64,000 nucleotides of DNA from Eledone cirrhosa (GCA_964016885.1 OZ024741.1:120838001-120902000), one strand, 5' to 3'; counted from the first letter of the stretch, positions 23,589 to 37,668 are shown. Translations and numbers: made by a program. The notes: a model not told the origin generated them from the letters alone.

Positions 23589-24960
23589 CCCTTTAGCATT
23601 TAAACCTGCCGGTTCTGGCAAGAATTCTCTCAACTCTTTCTGTTCAAACTGGTCATAACTAGCCACTCAAACTGATGTTATGGTATTGTTCTCAAAATAA
23701 ATAACATAAAAATCTTGTAGATTCAATATTATATGAAATAATAATCTATACATATATATAAAACTGTAGTTGTCTGTGTGTGTGTCCTCATTTTTGCAAA
23801 ATCTATACAAATCCACATTTCTACTCCGGTGCCTTCAAACTTGTATTTATATATTCCTTGTGGTCTAAAGATATTAACTGCAGCTTTTATTTTTCAATTT
23901 TCTGTTGTTAAAGGGGCATTAGGCGCCGGTTATCGATCTCCGTCGCGCCTTTATAATATGTCTGTATGTCTGGCTGTCTGCATTACGACATTATGACAAA
24001 CATTGATGACGTATTATGTTTGCTTTTTTCCGTTCATTGCCAGGGAACGTCTTCACGAACCAAAGTATCGCCTTCCTGTTTTCTTTCGGTTGCAACGTTT
24101 TTCGAAATATTCACTTCTGCGTTCACAGATTGATTTTTTTTAGTTTCAGAAGATCCCGTTAAGGGTGAAAGCAGCAATTCTTTGCTTAAACTTTAATCTG
24201 TTATTTTAATATATAATATAAGCGAGGCAAGCCAGCCCAGTTGCCATTTCTTGCCAATAAACATTAACCCCTTGTGCGCCATTCATCTAACTGTAGACAA
24301 ACAAATACCAACTCAACGGAGCGTTGACAAGAACGATAGTGAATGAATCTTCGAGGTAAGCAGTTTCCTGCCGAGCTGTTAGATCCTCTGCTACACTTTT
24401 CGCAATAATACCGAACAACGTACTGCTGGTCACTCCTTCCTCCAAAAGCCGTACAAAGCGGAGATGTGCATCGGGCAGATGGATCGGGTGCAAATCTACG
24501 CCAGGCCTACGCGAGAAATTTGCAAGAGACTGCACCGAGAGGGATAGAGAGAAAGTAACTTAGTGACAAGAGTGCGAATGAACTTTTGAGGTAAGTAGCC
24601 TACGCCTTACTGCTATTGCACTGGAACCTTCTGCCAACTTAACCTGTGACTTTCACATTTACTCCAATAGACCAAAACAGAGGAGTATGAAAAGAAGGGG
24701 CTCAACAATATTTCTATGAACAATGCACGTAGACAGCTAAACTGTACTTTCAACTTCTTAATTTTCTCCAAATAAAACAAGTTTCCTGTCGGTATATTTT
24801 CGTCAGTTTTTAACAGGCACTTACAAATAAACGTTTCTCATTGGAGGTGCTATTACTAATGTTCTTACCCGTGCAATGCCGGGATACACTGACAGTGTAA
24901 GATAAAGTCTTTACCACAAAAATACAACAGTATATATCAAGTAATGTAAATACTAAAGGG
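23589..24960. mobile_element. piggyBac-type MITE split by a Helitron
   Basis: TTAA|CCCTTTAGCATTT at 23585 and TACTAAAGGG|TTAA at 24964. The two halves rejoin to match the intact copy at 35263-35476. Confidence 0.75.
23745..24895 (+). mobile_element. Non-autonomous Helitron
   Basis: 5' TCTATACATATATAAAA and 3' hairpin CCCGTGCAATGCCGGG followed by ..CTGACAG (degenerate CTAG end). Inserted between A and T with no TSD. Internal homology to 37980-38600. Confidence 0.7.
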
Positions 24961-25719
24961 TTAAGGGGTTGATCAATTAAACCACCAGTAATGCAATGGG
25001 GTTGATTTAATTGACTTTCCCTTTCCCCACAATCACTGTCCTTGTGCCTAAAGTAGGAACCATTATTATTATTATTATTAATTTTACAGACAAAATAGGG
25101 TGGTGGGTTGGTAGTGTCGGTAGAGCATCAGACATGTTTTGTGGCATACTGTTACGACCCTTTTCTTTCTGAGTTCAAACCTTGCTGAAGTTAGCTTTGC
25201 TATTCATCTTTATGGGATTGATAAAATAAAATACTTGTAATACACTGGGGTTAATTTAATCGATTTTCTCCTCTTCAAATTACTGGCCTTGTGCCAAATG
25301 CAGAAACAATTGTTATTATTATTATTAACACTATATTTTCATGCATTTGTTTATTTGGTTCTGGATTGTCATGTGATTGTCATGTGATTGCTTATAGGGA
25401 TTACTCATCATCTGTGTGTGTATGTACATGTGTGTGGATGTCTGTATGTGTAATTATGTATGTGCTTGTATTTATATGTATGTTTGCTTGTGTATGTATG
25501 TGCATGGATGTTGATGTGTGTATTTGTATATATATATATGTATGTACGTATGGTTTTGTGTGTGTATTCATATGTGTAAGTATGTGTTTGTGTATATATG
25601 TGTAAGCATTTGTTTGCAATATCAACATAGGGTTTGTAAAAGCAAGTGAACTTTATTATTATTATTGAAGACAAATTTCCAAATTAGCTTCTGGCTGGAA
25701 CAATAAGTATCCCCTCCCC

Positions 25720-26355
25720 CAACAACAACAAAAAAAAAACTACCATCACTACCACCAACAACAAAACTACCACTACCACCACCACCACTACCACTACCAC
25801 CACCGACGACAACAACAAAAATAATAACATCAACAAAACCACCACCAACAACAAAAGTACCACCACCACCACCACCAACAACAACAACAAAAATAATAAC
25901 ATCAACAAAACTATAACCACCACCATTCCACACCACAACCAACAATGACAACACTCCCACCACAGCCACCACCATCACCACACCATTCCACTTCACCACT
26001 ATGACCACCTCCAACAAGAACACTGCCACCACCACCACCACCACCACCACCAGCAACAACCCTACTACCAGTAGCATCACCACCACCACCACTAGCAACC
26101 ACACAACCATCAGCAGCAACAGCACTACCACTGCCACTCAATAGTACCACCACAACCAACAACAACAACATCGCCATCAGCACTAGCATCACCACCACCA
26201 CCATCATCAACAACAGCAGCATCACCACCACCACCACCAGCAGCAGCAGCAGCAGCAGCACCACCACCACCACCACCACTGCCACTATCAACACCACTAC
26301 TTCAACCAACAACATCACCACCATCAGCAGCAGCACCACCACCACCACCACTATA
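25720..26355. repeat. (CAC/CAA/CAG)n compound microsatellite
   Basis: Seen directly. Similar arrays at 28300-28700 and 30080-30450. Confidence 0.9.
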
Positions 26356-26489
26356 CATTCCACATGGCAAATCATTGCTTTAACAATACCAAACGTTGTT
26401 CATTAGCAAAGTACTGTGGTAAGTAGTGTAATTAGATTTTGAGTTAATGACTCAAAGAACTAGGTGCAAAATTGGTGCACGCACACACA

Positions 26490-26527
<38 letters not shown>

Positions 26528-29309
26528 TACACAAACACTCATGCACATGCATACACACACATGCACACACACATTTACACACATTCACATGTATACACAC
26601 GCTTTCACATATACATACAGGCACTCATACACATACATACTGACCCCCCCCAATACATACTGACACCCCCATCCACACATGTTCACATACACATGCACAC
26701 ATGTTCACATGCACACAAATAAACACACATGTACACACATTCATACACACACAAACACTTCTATTTCATGCCAGTCTCAGTAATTCCTTTAGTCAAAGAT
26801 CCTCTTAGTGATGTTCCAGTTGAGTGGTTCCAAAATGTATTTGGTCACGGAAACCTTATATCCATCTATTGTGTTCTTGCTTGCACCATCCTCCTCAGAG
26901 TTTGTCCAATGTGGCCAACGAAAGCAGCCAATTTATACAATCTTTAAGTTTTTGACCACTTTACATCATCATCGTTTAACGTCCACTTTCCCTGCTAGCA
27001 AGGCTTGGACGGACTTACATAGACCAAGTCATACTGAAGCAGGACTACTGACCTCCCAGACAGGTTGGCATCTCACTTATGTATTGTTTTATGTTCTATC
27101 AAGTACGCAGGGATGTTGTCATGTCTTTGACACAACTTAAGGGTCTTCCCAACCCATTTGGCGAGAATTCTATGGTTGGATACCCTTCTTATCACGAACC
27201 ACTTTCTAGTGTGTACTGGGTGCATTTATCATGTAGATCATTAACACTAGGGAGGCTGTCATGTCTTTGACACAACTGAAGGGTCTTTCCAACTCTGCCT
27301 TTGCCAAATCCATTGTGTTCATGCTTTTGATTTTGTATCAAACACAAAAATTTGTTGTCACCCCATGATTGATTCCCTTTAACAACTTCTACTAAAAAAG
27401 CACCTCGATTTGTTAAGGAGGTGAACTTCTCTGTGAAGCAGTCATGTCTGAGCCCCTCTTGGGACAGTTGAAAATGTGGATTGTTTTGATCAACTTTGAT
27501 CTTGAGCTAAAATTCTTGTCCTTGCATGGATGGTATTTGTTGTTGGAGTTGTGACTGTTTAACAGTATTCATGTCAGATATGATTGCCATGTTGGGTGGT
27601 CACTGTTCATGATGTTGTGATGTTGACAGTTAAAAGTTGGATCTCAAGCAAATATTCGATCTTTATATATGTGGTGTATACCATTGAGATCATAACTGGC
27701 TGATAATATCTGTTGGTCATTTCTGTGGTTGTTGTGCATTGGCAACCTCTGCAATGTTATGGAACCAGCTCAACCCATCCTGGGTGAATTCTGACACAAG
27801 TACAAGTAATTATGATATATGCAACAAGTGTTTATAGGTCATTTTCTCTGCTAAAGCAGGGGTAAACCTTGCATGTTCCATTCATGAAATCTTCATACTC
27901 ACATTGGGGTCCTTGTCAAGGCAATGTTTTATGGCCAAATGACTTTCCTGACAGAAACCCTTTTAGTTGCCTTTTATTGTATGCAGGAATGTGGTGTACC
28001 TGTTCTAAACTGGATACAGGTTGGAGAAACTTTATATATGATTTTCCAAAAGTTGTGAAACCCCTAGCTATATTTTACAGACAACCCTATCACCCTTCAT
28101 TTGAAATCAGAACACAGAGAGCCAAAACAAATGTCCCAAGGCATCCTATCCATACATACACATCACATATCCATACCAACAGAATATTCTCTTTTGCACA
28201 ATACTCATTCCTCTTCTGCTCAGTTTTCCTCTCAGTTAATCTATGCTTCCTTTGAGAGATAGTGAAGGTTTGGGTGAGGTAAGGTGGAACTGTAGAGAAA
28301 GTGAGCAACAGCAATAACAATAAAAGCAACAGCAATAACAACAACAGCAGAAGCAAAAACAGCAACAACAATAACAACAGCAGCAGCAGCAGCGGAAACA
28401 GCAACAACAACAATAACAACAACAGCAGCAGAAATAGCAACAACAACAGAAGCAATGGCTACAAGAACAATAACAACAACAACAACAACAATAGGAGCAA
28501 CAGCAACAACAACAGCAATGGCAACAACAGCAACAATAACAACAATAACAACAGGAGCAGCAGCAGCAACAACAGGAACAACAACAACAACAACAGGAGC
28601 AGCAGCAACAGGAACAGCAACAGCAACAACAACAGGAGCAGCACCAACAGCAACAGGAGCAGCAACAACAATAACAGCAACAACAACAACAACAACAGGA
28701 ACAGTAGTATTATTTGTTTTGTTTTTTTAAAGACCATTTCTTCCCTTCTCTAGTAAGTAGAATTGGTTTCACTTACAGAAAACAATAAACAAACAAACAA
28801 AAGTGTATAAATAACAAAAATAAGTCTGATTAATCATCATAGTGATGAAACCTGATTAATGTTTCATTAACCTAGATTTAAATAGCTATAATTAGCACTT
28901 CACCTTACAACTACACATTCGTTAACCACCTTCACACCCCTTCTCTCACACCTACTAAACTCACTCAAAATTCTTTCCAGAATATTCTGAACATTTTATG
29001 TACCAAATAATTTTTTTTTTGTTTATTAATTTTCTTTATTAATTAGTTTTAGTATTATTATTTTTTTCTTAAGAAAACTATCTTTTTTTAAAATTTGAAA
29101 TGTGTGTGTCCTTATGCAAATGACCATAATAATAGTCGATCACCTTAAATAATCATGTAAAGTACATCTGGATACTGAAGGAGACAGACATGGGTTTGTT
29201 TTCTTACAGACGCTTTTGTGCACTTTTTCTAATGTCTCCAGAGCTACTTTGCTAGGTTTCGTCAATTATCATTTACAGTGATCGACTATTATTATTATGG
29301 TCATTTGTT

Positions 29310-29795
29310 AACTTTGCCTTTCATCCTTACGGGGTCGATAAAATAAAGTACCAGTAATGCACTGGGTAATTGCTGGCCTTGTGCCAAACGTAGAAACAAT
29401 TATTATGGTCATTTGTTCAAATCACGCTGAGGTTAGCTTTGCCTTTCTTCCTTACGGGATCAATAAAATAAAGTACCAGTAATGCACTGGGGTCGATTTA
29501 ATTGACATTCCTCCTCCCCCAAATGCCTATAGTAGAAATCATTATGATGGTCACTTGTTCAAATCCCGCTGGGGGTAGCTTTGCTTTTCATCCTTACAGG
29601 CGGTGGATTGGCAGTATCGGTAGAGGGTTGGACGCCATGCTTTGATGCATAGAGTTACGACCCTTGCCATTTGAGGGTAGCTTTGCTTTTCGTCCATAAA
29701 ATAAAATACCAGTAACACACTGGGTCGATTTAATCAACTTTCCCCTCCCCTTCAAATTGCTGGCATTGTGCCTAAAGTATAAACAATTATTATGG
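29310..29795 (+). mobile_element. Head-to-tail cluster of dominant SINE fragments
   Basis: Repeated SINE centres and tails separated by the recurring linker ATTATGGTCATTTG (~29294, ~29402, ~29545, ~29788). Confidence 0.7.
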
Positions 29796-30599
29796 TCATT
29801 TGCTTTGGGGTGTACACATTTCAAATGTTCTTGAGCAAGTTACTTTATTTCATGTTACACCAACCAGTCCACACAACCACACAACCAGAAAAAAAAAATA
29901 GCACTTCGGAAGGATTTGAACTCAGAATGTTGTGAACCAGAATAAATATCTTGAATTGTTCTAATGATTCTGCCAAGTCACTGCCTTAAGCTGTTTTTAA
30001 TAATCAATAATATCTCATAGAGATCAGAGTAGGAGGTTGGAAAAATAAACTGAAATTCAGGTACTGCCCACAGAGACTGGAGGATGGTGGGTGTAGTGGT
30101 GGTTGTGGGTGGCGGTGGTGTTGGTATTAGTTGATGTGTTGTTGTTGGTGGTGGCAGTGATTGTGGGTGATGGTGTTGGTGGTGTGTTTGTGTTTGTGTG
30201 GGTGGTTGTGGGGTGGTGTTGGTGGTATTGATATTGATGTGTTTTTGTTGTTGGTGATGCTGTCGATGGTTGTGGTGGTGGTGGTAGTGGTGTTGGTATT
30301 AGTTGATGTGTTGTTGGTGGGGATGGTGGTGGCATTGGAGTTGGTAGGAGTAGTGATAAATGTAGTGGTGGTGATAGTGTTGGCAGGAGTCATGGTTTTA
30401 ATGGTGGATGGAGTGGTGTTGTTGTTTGTGGTAGTAGTGGTAGTAGTGAAGTTATTCAGCATGAACATATATATATCATCATATATATATATAGAGAGAG
30501 AATGATGTCATTTCTGAATTTAGTTTCTTGGATATGGTTCCGATGTAAAATTCCAAATTTCTTCACGGTGCAATAGTTTGAAAGATGTTCAATTAGAGT

Positions 30600-30830
30600 G
30601 GGAGGTGGGAGGCATGGTCATATTGTAGTTTGTTGTAGAGGAGAGTAGGAGGCATGGACATATTGTAGTCTGTTATAGAGAGAAGGGGAGTAGGAGGCAT
30701 GAATGTATTGTAGTTTGTTATAGAGAGAGGGGGAGGCATGGACATATTCTTGTCTGCTATAGAGAGAGGGAAGCATGGACATATTCTACTCTGTTAAAGA
30801 GAGAAAGGGAGGGGCATGGAGAGATTCTTA
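30600..30830. repeat. ~40-bp minisatellite, about 5-6 copies
   Basis: Unit GAGGCATGGACATATTGTAGTCTGTTATAGAGAGAGGG. Confidence 0.75.
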
Positions 30831-31213
30831 AGGCAAGCCAAAGCACATGATGATAAAGTAATAATTGATTTTGGGGAGAAGTATTTGTATAATCTTATGT
30901 TTTCCATCTCTCTCTCTCTTGTTCTTTCTTTCTTTTTTCCTCTCTCCATTCTCTATCTCTTGCTATCTATCTCTTCCTCTTCCTGTTAAGTCATCCCAGT
31001 TTCAAAAGACAACAATGAGGTCATCATCATCTTCATCATCACCACCACCACCACCACAACCGTTTCAAGTCCGTTTTCCCATGTTGACATGGGTTGGATG
31101 GGTTGTCACATTCTGAGACTTGACAGATCGGATAACCACTTGTTGCTTATATGTTTCACTTTGGCATAGTTTCTATAGCTGGATACCTTTCATAATGCCA
31201 ACAACATTATATA

Positions 31214-34200
31214 GTGAACAGGGTGCATTATATTGTGGTACCAGCACTACAACTTTACCGAGTGGACATGGTGCATTTTATTGTGATACCAGCACTACCA
31301 CTTTACCGAGTGGACAGGGTGCATTATATTGTGGTACCAGCACTACAACTTTACCGAGTGGACATGGTGCATTTTATTGTGATACCAGCACTACCACTTT
31401 ACCGAGTGGACAGGGTGCATTATATTGTGGTACCAGCACTACAACTTTACCGAGTGGACATGGTGCATTTTATTGTGATACCAGCACTACCACTTTACCG
31501 AGTGGACAGGGTGCATTATATTGTGGTACCAGCACTACAACTTTACCGAGTGGACATGGTGCATTTTATTGTGATACCAGCACTACCACTTTACCGAGTG
31601 GACAGAGTGCATTATATTGTGGTACCAGCACTACAACTTTACCGAGTGGATATGGTGCATTTTATTGTGATACCAGCACTACCACTTTACCGAGTGGACA
31701 GGGTGCATTATATTGTGATACCAGCACTACAACTTTACCTAGTGGACAGGGTGCATTATATTGTGGCACCAGCACTACAACTTTACCGAGTGGACAGGGT
31801 GCATTATATTGTGGCACCAGCACTACAACTTTACCGAGTGGACATGGTGCATTTTATTGAGATACCAGCACTACCACTTTACCGAGTGGACAGGGTGCAT
31901 TATATTGTGGCACCAGCACTACCACTTTACCGAGTGGACATGGTGCATTTTATTATGACACCAGCAGTACCACTTTACCGAGTGGACATGGTGCATTTTA
32001 TTGTGATACCAGCACTACCACTTTACCGAGTGGACAGGGTGCATTATATTGTGGCACCAGCACTACAACTTTACCGAGTGGACAGGGTGCATTATATTGT
32101 GGTACCAGCACTACAACTTTACCGAGTGGACATGGTGCATTTTATTGTGATACCAGCACTACCACTTTACCGAGTGGACAGGGTGCATTATATTGTGGCA
32201 CCAGCACTACAACTTTACCGAGTGGACAGGGTGCATTATATTGTGGAACCAGCACTACAACTTTACCGAGTGGACATGGTGCATTTTATTATGGCACCAG
32301 CACTACCACTTTACCGAGTGGACATGGTGCATTTTATTGTGATACCAGCACTACCACTTTACCGAGTGGACAGGGTGCATTATATTGTGGCACCAGCACT
32401 ACAACTTTACCTAGTGGACAGGGTGCATTATATTGTGGTACCAGCACTACAACTTTACCGAGTGGACATGGTGCATTTTATTATGACACCAGCACTACCA
32501 CTTTACCGAGTGGACATGCTGCATTTTATTGTGATACCAGCACTACCACTTTACCGAGTGGACAGGGTGCATTATATTGTGGCACCAGCACTACAACTTT
32601 ACCGAGTGGACATGGTGCATTTTATTATGGCACCAGCACTACCACTTTACCGAGTGGACATGGTGCATTTTATTGTGATACCAGCACTACCACTTTACCG
32701 AGTGGACAGGGTGCATTATATTGTGGCACCAGCACTACAACTTTACCGAGTGGGCAGGGTGCATTATATTGTGGCACCAGCACTACAACTTTACCGAGTG
32801 GACATGGTGCATTTTATTGAGATACCAGCACTACCACTTTACCGAGTGGACAGGGTGCATTATATTGTGGCACCAGCACTACAACTTTACCGAGTGTACA
32901 GGGTGCATTATATTGTGGCACCAGCACTACAACTTTACCGAGTGGACATGGTGCATTTTATTATGGCACCAGCACTACCACTTTACCGAGTGGACATGGT
33001 GCATTTTATTATGACACCAGCAGTACCACTTTACCGAGTGGACAGGGTGCATTATATTGTGGCACCAGCACTACAACTTTACCTAGTGGACATGGTGCAT
33101 TTTATTGTGGCACCAGCACTACCACTTTACCGAGTGGACAGGGTGCATTATATTGTGGCACCAGCACTACAACTTTACCTAGTGGACATGGTGCATTTTA
33201 TTGTGGCACCAGCACTACCACTTTACCGAGTGGACAGGGTGCATTATATTGTGGCACCAGCACTACAACTTTACCTAGTGGACATGGTGCATTTTATTGT
33301 GGCACCAGCACTACCACTTTACCGAGTGGACAGGGTGCATTATATTGTGGCACCAGCACTACAACTTTACCTAGTGGACATGGTGCATTTTATTGTGGCA
33401 CCAGCACTACCACTTTACCGAGTGGACAGGGTGCATTATATTGTGGCACCAGCACTACAACTTTACCTAGTGGACATGGTGCATTTTATTGTGGCACCAG
33501 CACTACCACTTTACCGAGTGGACAGGGTGCATTATATTGTGGCACCAGCACTACAACTTTACCTAGTGGACATGGTGCATTTTATTGTGGCACCAGCACT
33601 ACCACTTTACCGAGTGGACATGGTGCATTATATTGTGGCACCAGCACTACAACTTTACCGAGTGGACAGGGTGCATTATATTGTGATACCAGCACTACCA
33701 CTTTACCGAGTGGACAGGGTGCATTATATTGTGATACCAGCACTACCACTTTACCGAGTGGATATGGTGCATTTTATTGTGATACCAGCACTACCACTTT
33801 ACCGTGTGGACAGGGTGCATTATATTGTGATACCAGCACTACCACTTTACCGAGTGGACAGGGTGCATTATATTGTGATACCAGCACTACCACTTTACCG
33901 AGTGGATATGGTGCATTTTATTGTGATACCAGCACTACCACTTTACCGTGTGGACAGGGTGCATTATATTGTGATACCAGCACTACCACTTTACCGAGTG
34001 GACAGGGTGCATTATATTGTGATACCAGCACTACCACTTTACCGAGTGGATATGGTGCATTTTATTGTGATACCAGCACTACCACTTTACCGTGTGGACA
34101 GGGTGCATTATATTGTGATACCAGCACTACCACTTTACCGAGTGGACAGGGTGCATTATATTGTGATACCAGCACTACAACTTTACCGAGTGGATATGGT

Positions 34201-34628
34201 GCATTTTATTGTGATACCAGCACTACCACTTTACCGTGTGGACAGGGTGCATTATATTGTGATACCAGCACTACCACTTTACCGAGTGGACATGGTATAT
34301 TTTATTATGACACCAGCAGTACCACTTTACCGAGTGGATAGGGTACATTTTATTGTGATACCAGCACTACCACTTTACCGAGTGGACATGGTGCATTTTA
34401 TTGTGATACCAGCACTACCACTTTACTGAGTGGATAGGGTACATTTTATTGTGATACCAGCACTACCACTTTACCGAGTGGACATGGTGCATTTTATTGT
34501 GATACCAGCACTACCACTTTACTGAGTGGATAGGGTACATTTTATTGTGACACCAGCACTACCACTTTACCGAGTGGACATGGTGCATTTTATTATGACA
34601 CCAGTACTACCACTTTACTGAGTGGACT
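31214..34628. repeat. 48-bp tandem satellite (~71 units) derived from an RTE 3' UTR unit
   Basis: Unit CTTTACCGAGTGGACAGGGTGCATTATATTGTGGTACCAGCACTACAA. It directly continues an RTE-tail sequence (TTTGGCATAGTTTCTATAGCTGGATACC..AATGCCAAC) at 31160-31213. Confidence 0.92.
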
Positions 34629-35262
34629 GTGTCATCTCCTTTGTGATGTTCCTTATTTTTTAGGTCATTCCTCACAACTTTGTTCCAGTCTTCCTTGGTC
34701 TCCATTTTATTGCAAAAACAAAAATATGCTTTAATACAATATACACAAAAGCACATAATCATCATCATCTCTATCGCTTAACATCCATTTTCCACGCTAG
34801 CATGGGTAAGATGGGCTGAACCTTTGTGAGAAATCAGGCCGGTTTGTTAACTTTTGACATCCTGTAATGATTTAGCAGAAAATATCTAAAGATTGGCTTG
34901 TTAATTCAAAGGGTTGTAGTTTCTTTACTAGTGGACAGATCGTTTTGAAGATATGCAGTATTAGAGTAAAGACTTTTTTATGTTTCAAGAATGTCATTGT
35001 TAATGCGGTTTCATGTGGTACAGGACGTTCAGAGTAAACAGGATTTACTGTACTTTTTCTCGCTTCTAGTAACAAACTAAATAGGATTTGGTTCAGTTTG
35101 GCAGTTCTATTTGTAGTTCACCTTTGCTTGTACCAAGTTTAGAAGGCAACCAAGTGCTCTGTTCTCTATTTGTTAACACTTCCAACTCATCCAAACATCA
35201 GAGTGAAATTTATCATTTTATGTCTGTTTTTCCATGTAAAATTTCTCCAAATGTGACTTTAA

Positions 35263-35476
35263 CCCTTTTACATTTAAACTGGCCATATCCGGCCAGAATT
35301 CTTTCACCTCTTTCCGTTCAAATCGGCTGTAACCAGCCGCTCATATTGATGTTAAGGTATAGTTCTCGAAACAAATAGCATCAAAATCATCAATATTATG
35401 TGAGATAATTTTGTAAGATAAAGTGTTTACCATGAAAATACAATAGTAAATATAGAATAATGTAAATGTTAAAGGG
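35263..35476. mobile_element. piggyBac-type MITE, intact
   Basis: TTAA|CCCTTTTACATTT ... AAATGTTAAAGGG|TTAA. Confidence 0.75.
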
Positions 35477-35959
35477 TTAAGGTTAAAATTGGACACCATG
35501 CTCCACACTCTAGCAGTTTATATATCCAAGTTATGTGAATGAGTGTAGCCTAGTAGTTAGGCTGTTAGACACACAATCCTAAGGTACTACTCTGTTTATA
35601 CTTCCAAGTTATGTGAAGCTATGTGGCTTGTAGTTAATGTGTTGGACACACCATCCTGAGATACCCTGTATTCTATTTATTTACACCTCTAAATTATGTG
35701 AAGCTATGTGGCTTCGTAGTTAAGGTGTTGGACATCTTGAGGTACCCTGTACTGTATCTGTTTACACTTCCACGTTACCTGAGTCCTGTACTTTATCTAT
35801 TTACACTAATACTGATAAAATCAGAAGTAGACCACAACATACAAAGCCATACTGATTATTTATTATTGTGTAAGTCTTAGTTATCTTGTTTGTTTTAAAG
35901 TACACTAGGTGGCTATGACCAAAGAATAGCTCCTTCCTCATGCCCCCCCCCCCTTCTCT

Positions 35960-36285
35960 GTATTATAGGCTAACATACAATAGACCTCCCCTCTCTCTCT
36001 AATATAGTTTAACATAGAGTAGAGCCCCTCTTCACTCTATAATATAGTCTAACCTACAATAGACCCCCTCTCTCTCTAATATAGTCTAACATACAATAGA
36101 CCCCGTCCTCCCCTATAGTATAATCTAACCTACAATACACACCCTCTTCACTCTATAGTATAGTCTAATCTACAGTAGACCCCTCTTCACTCTATAGTAT
36201 AGTTTAATATAAAATAGATCTCTCCTTCCTCTATAGTCTAACAAACACTCTCATTCTATAGTATAGTCTAACAATAGACCTCCTC
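35960..36285. repeat. ~40-bp minisatellite, about 8 copies
   Basis: Unit resembles CTCTATAGTATAGTCTAACCTACAATAGACCCCTCTTCA. Confidence 0.75.
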
Positions 36286-36957
36286 CATACACACACACAC
36301 ACTCATATTTTATTGTCAATATCAATGGAGGTCCATCTCTATGTATTGATGTTGTGAAAAGTGATAATTTAAAAGCAATAGCTGGTTCACTTTATTTCTT
36401 TACTTTTTCTTTTTTCTTTTGCGGTTTTTCTGCCACTTACTCTTAGTTTGTTAGTGTAACGAGGCATATGTGTGTGCTGGGGAAGCTTACGGTTAAAACG
36501 TAATTCGTACTTGATTAATTAATAATTGCTGATAAGAGCCAGATTACTTACAATTTAGGATTTCGGCAGGATTAAAGCTAATACTCTTCCATAAGTGAAT
36601 CACACACACACATTTGCAAATACACACACACATACACACATGCACACTTACACAGATGTATTTAGTACTTAATGCACTTGTTATGGCATGTCCTCCAAAT
36701 ATTATGTCATTATTAAGATCATCATCATTATCATCAATGTCATCTTCATCATTACCATCATCATCAGTAGCAACAGCAGTAGCATCATCATCAGCATCAC
36801 TATCACCATCATTGCCATCATTATCGTCATCTACATCTTCAACACCATAACACAGCTGCAACCACTACCACCATCAGCCTCATCATCACCATTATATATA
36901 TATATATACATACACACACACAATTTATATATATATGTGAGTGTGTTTGTGTATGTA

Positions 36958-37345
36958 AGACATCAGGGTCCTATCTTCTCTCTTACTCACTAGCACTTTA
37001 GTTTTGGCAAAGTTTACTCTCAGACCTTTTGATTTCAAATTCTGTTTCCATAGTTGGAACTTATTTTCTAGTTCTTTAATGGATTCGGCTATAAGGACTA
37101 GATCATCTGCATAGAGAAGTTTCCATGGGCAGCTGGTCTTAAACTCCTCTGTTATGGCCTGGAGGACTGTAATCAATAGTAGTGGGCTAAGAACTGAACC
37201 CTGATGAACTCCTACCTGTACCTTGGATTCCCTACTAAACTCACTTTGCTGACAATTACATCTCGTCTAATTTGACTCCTTCTTTAATTAGTTGTGCTAT
37301 AACCCTTTCCATCTCTTTACTAACTTGGTCCATTAGTTTTCCTCT
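36958..37345 (-). pseudogene. RTE RT fragment
   Basis: VLQAITEEFKTSCPWKLLYADDLVLIAES..GLRVNFAKTKVL. A further APE-end fragment lies at ~39420-39600. Confidence 0.8.
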
Positions 37346-37346
37346 A

Positions 37347-37480
37347 CTAGATCACCTGTGACCCGTTGGGTCACATTCATTTAAAAATATTTTCTAAAAA
37401 TCATGTTCCCTTAAAAATATTTTTTAAATAATTAAAGTATATACAGACATGTATATAATGTGAAATGAAACTGGAAGGCC
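37347..37480 (-). mobile_element. Helitron-like 3' terminus (second family)
   Basis: The minus strand reads hairpin TGTGACCC-AAC-GGGTCACA, then GGTGAT-CTAG|T. The 5' end was not located. Confidence 0.55.
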
Positions 37481-37582
37481 CATATATATATGTGTATGTG
37501 TATGTATGTAAATGTGTGTGTGTCTATATATATATGTGGGTGTCTGTGATCTATATACACTGGTCATAGACACACACATACA

Positions 37583-37626
<44 letters not shown>

Positions 37627-37668
37627 TATATATATACACATACATATATATATGTATATATGTGTGTG

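Noticed and set aside
26760-27900. Unique-looking sequence as possible host exons
   Set aside because: No sustained open frame. Minus-strand translation faintly resembles decayed LINE C-termini but is too degraded to call.
31214-34429. 1071-aa ORF (and the 246-aa overlapping frame)
   Set aside because: By-product of a stop-free 48-bp (16-codon) satellite derived from a non-coding LINE tail. It has no ATG start and no unique domain, and variants introduce stops freely in the other frame.
31214-34628. CRISPR-like array
   Set aside because: Units are contiguous with no unique spacers, there are no cas genes, and the context is eukaryotic.
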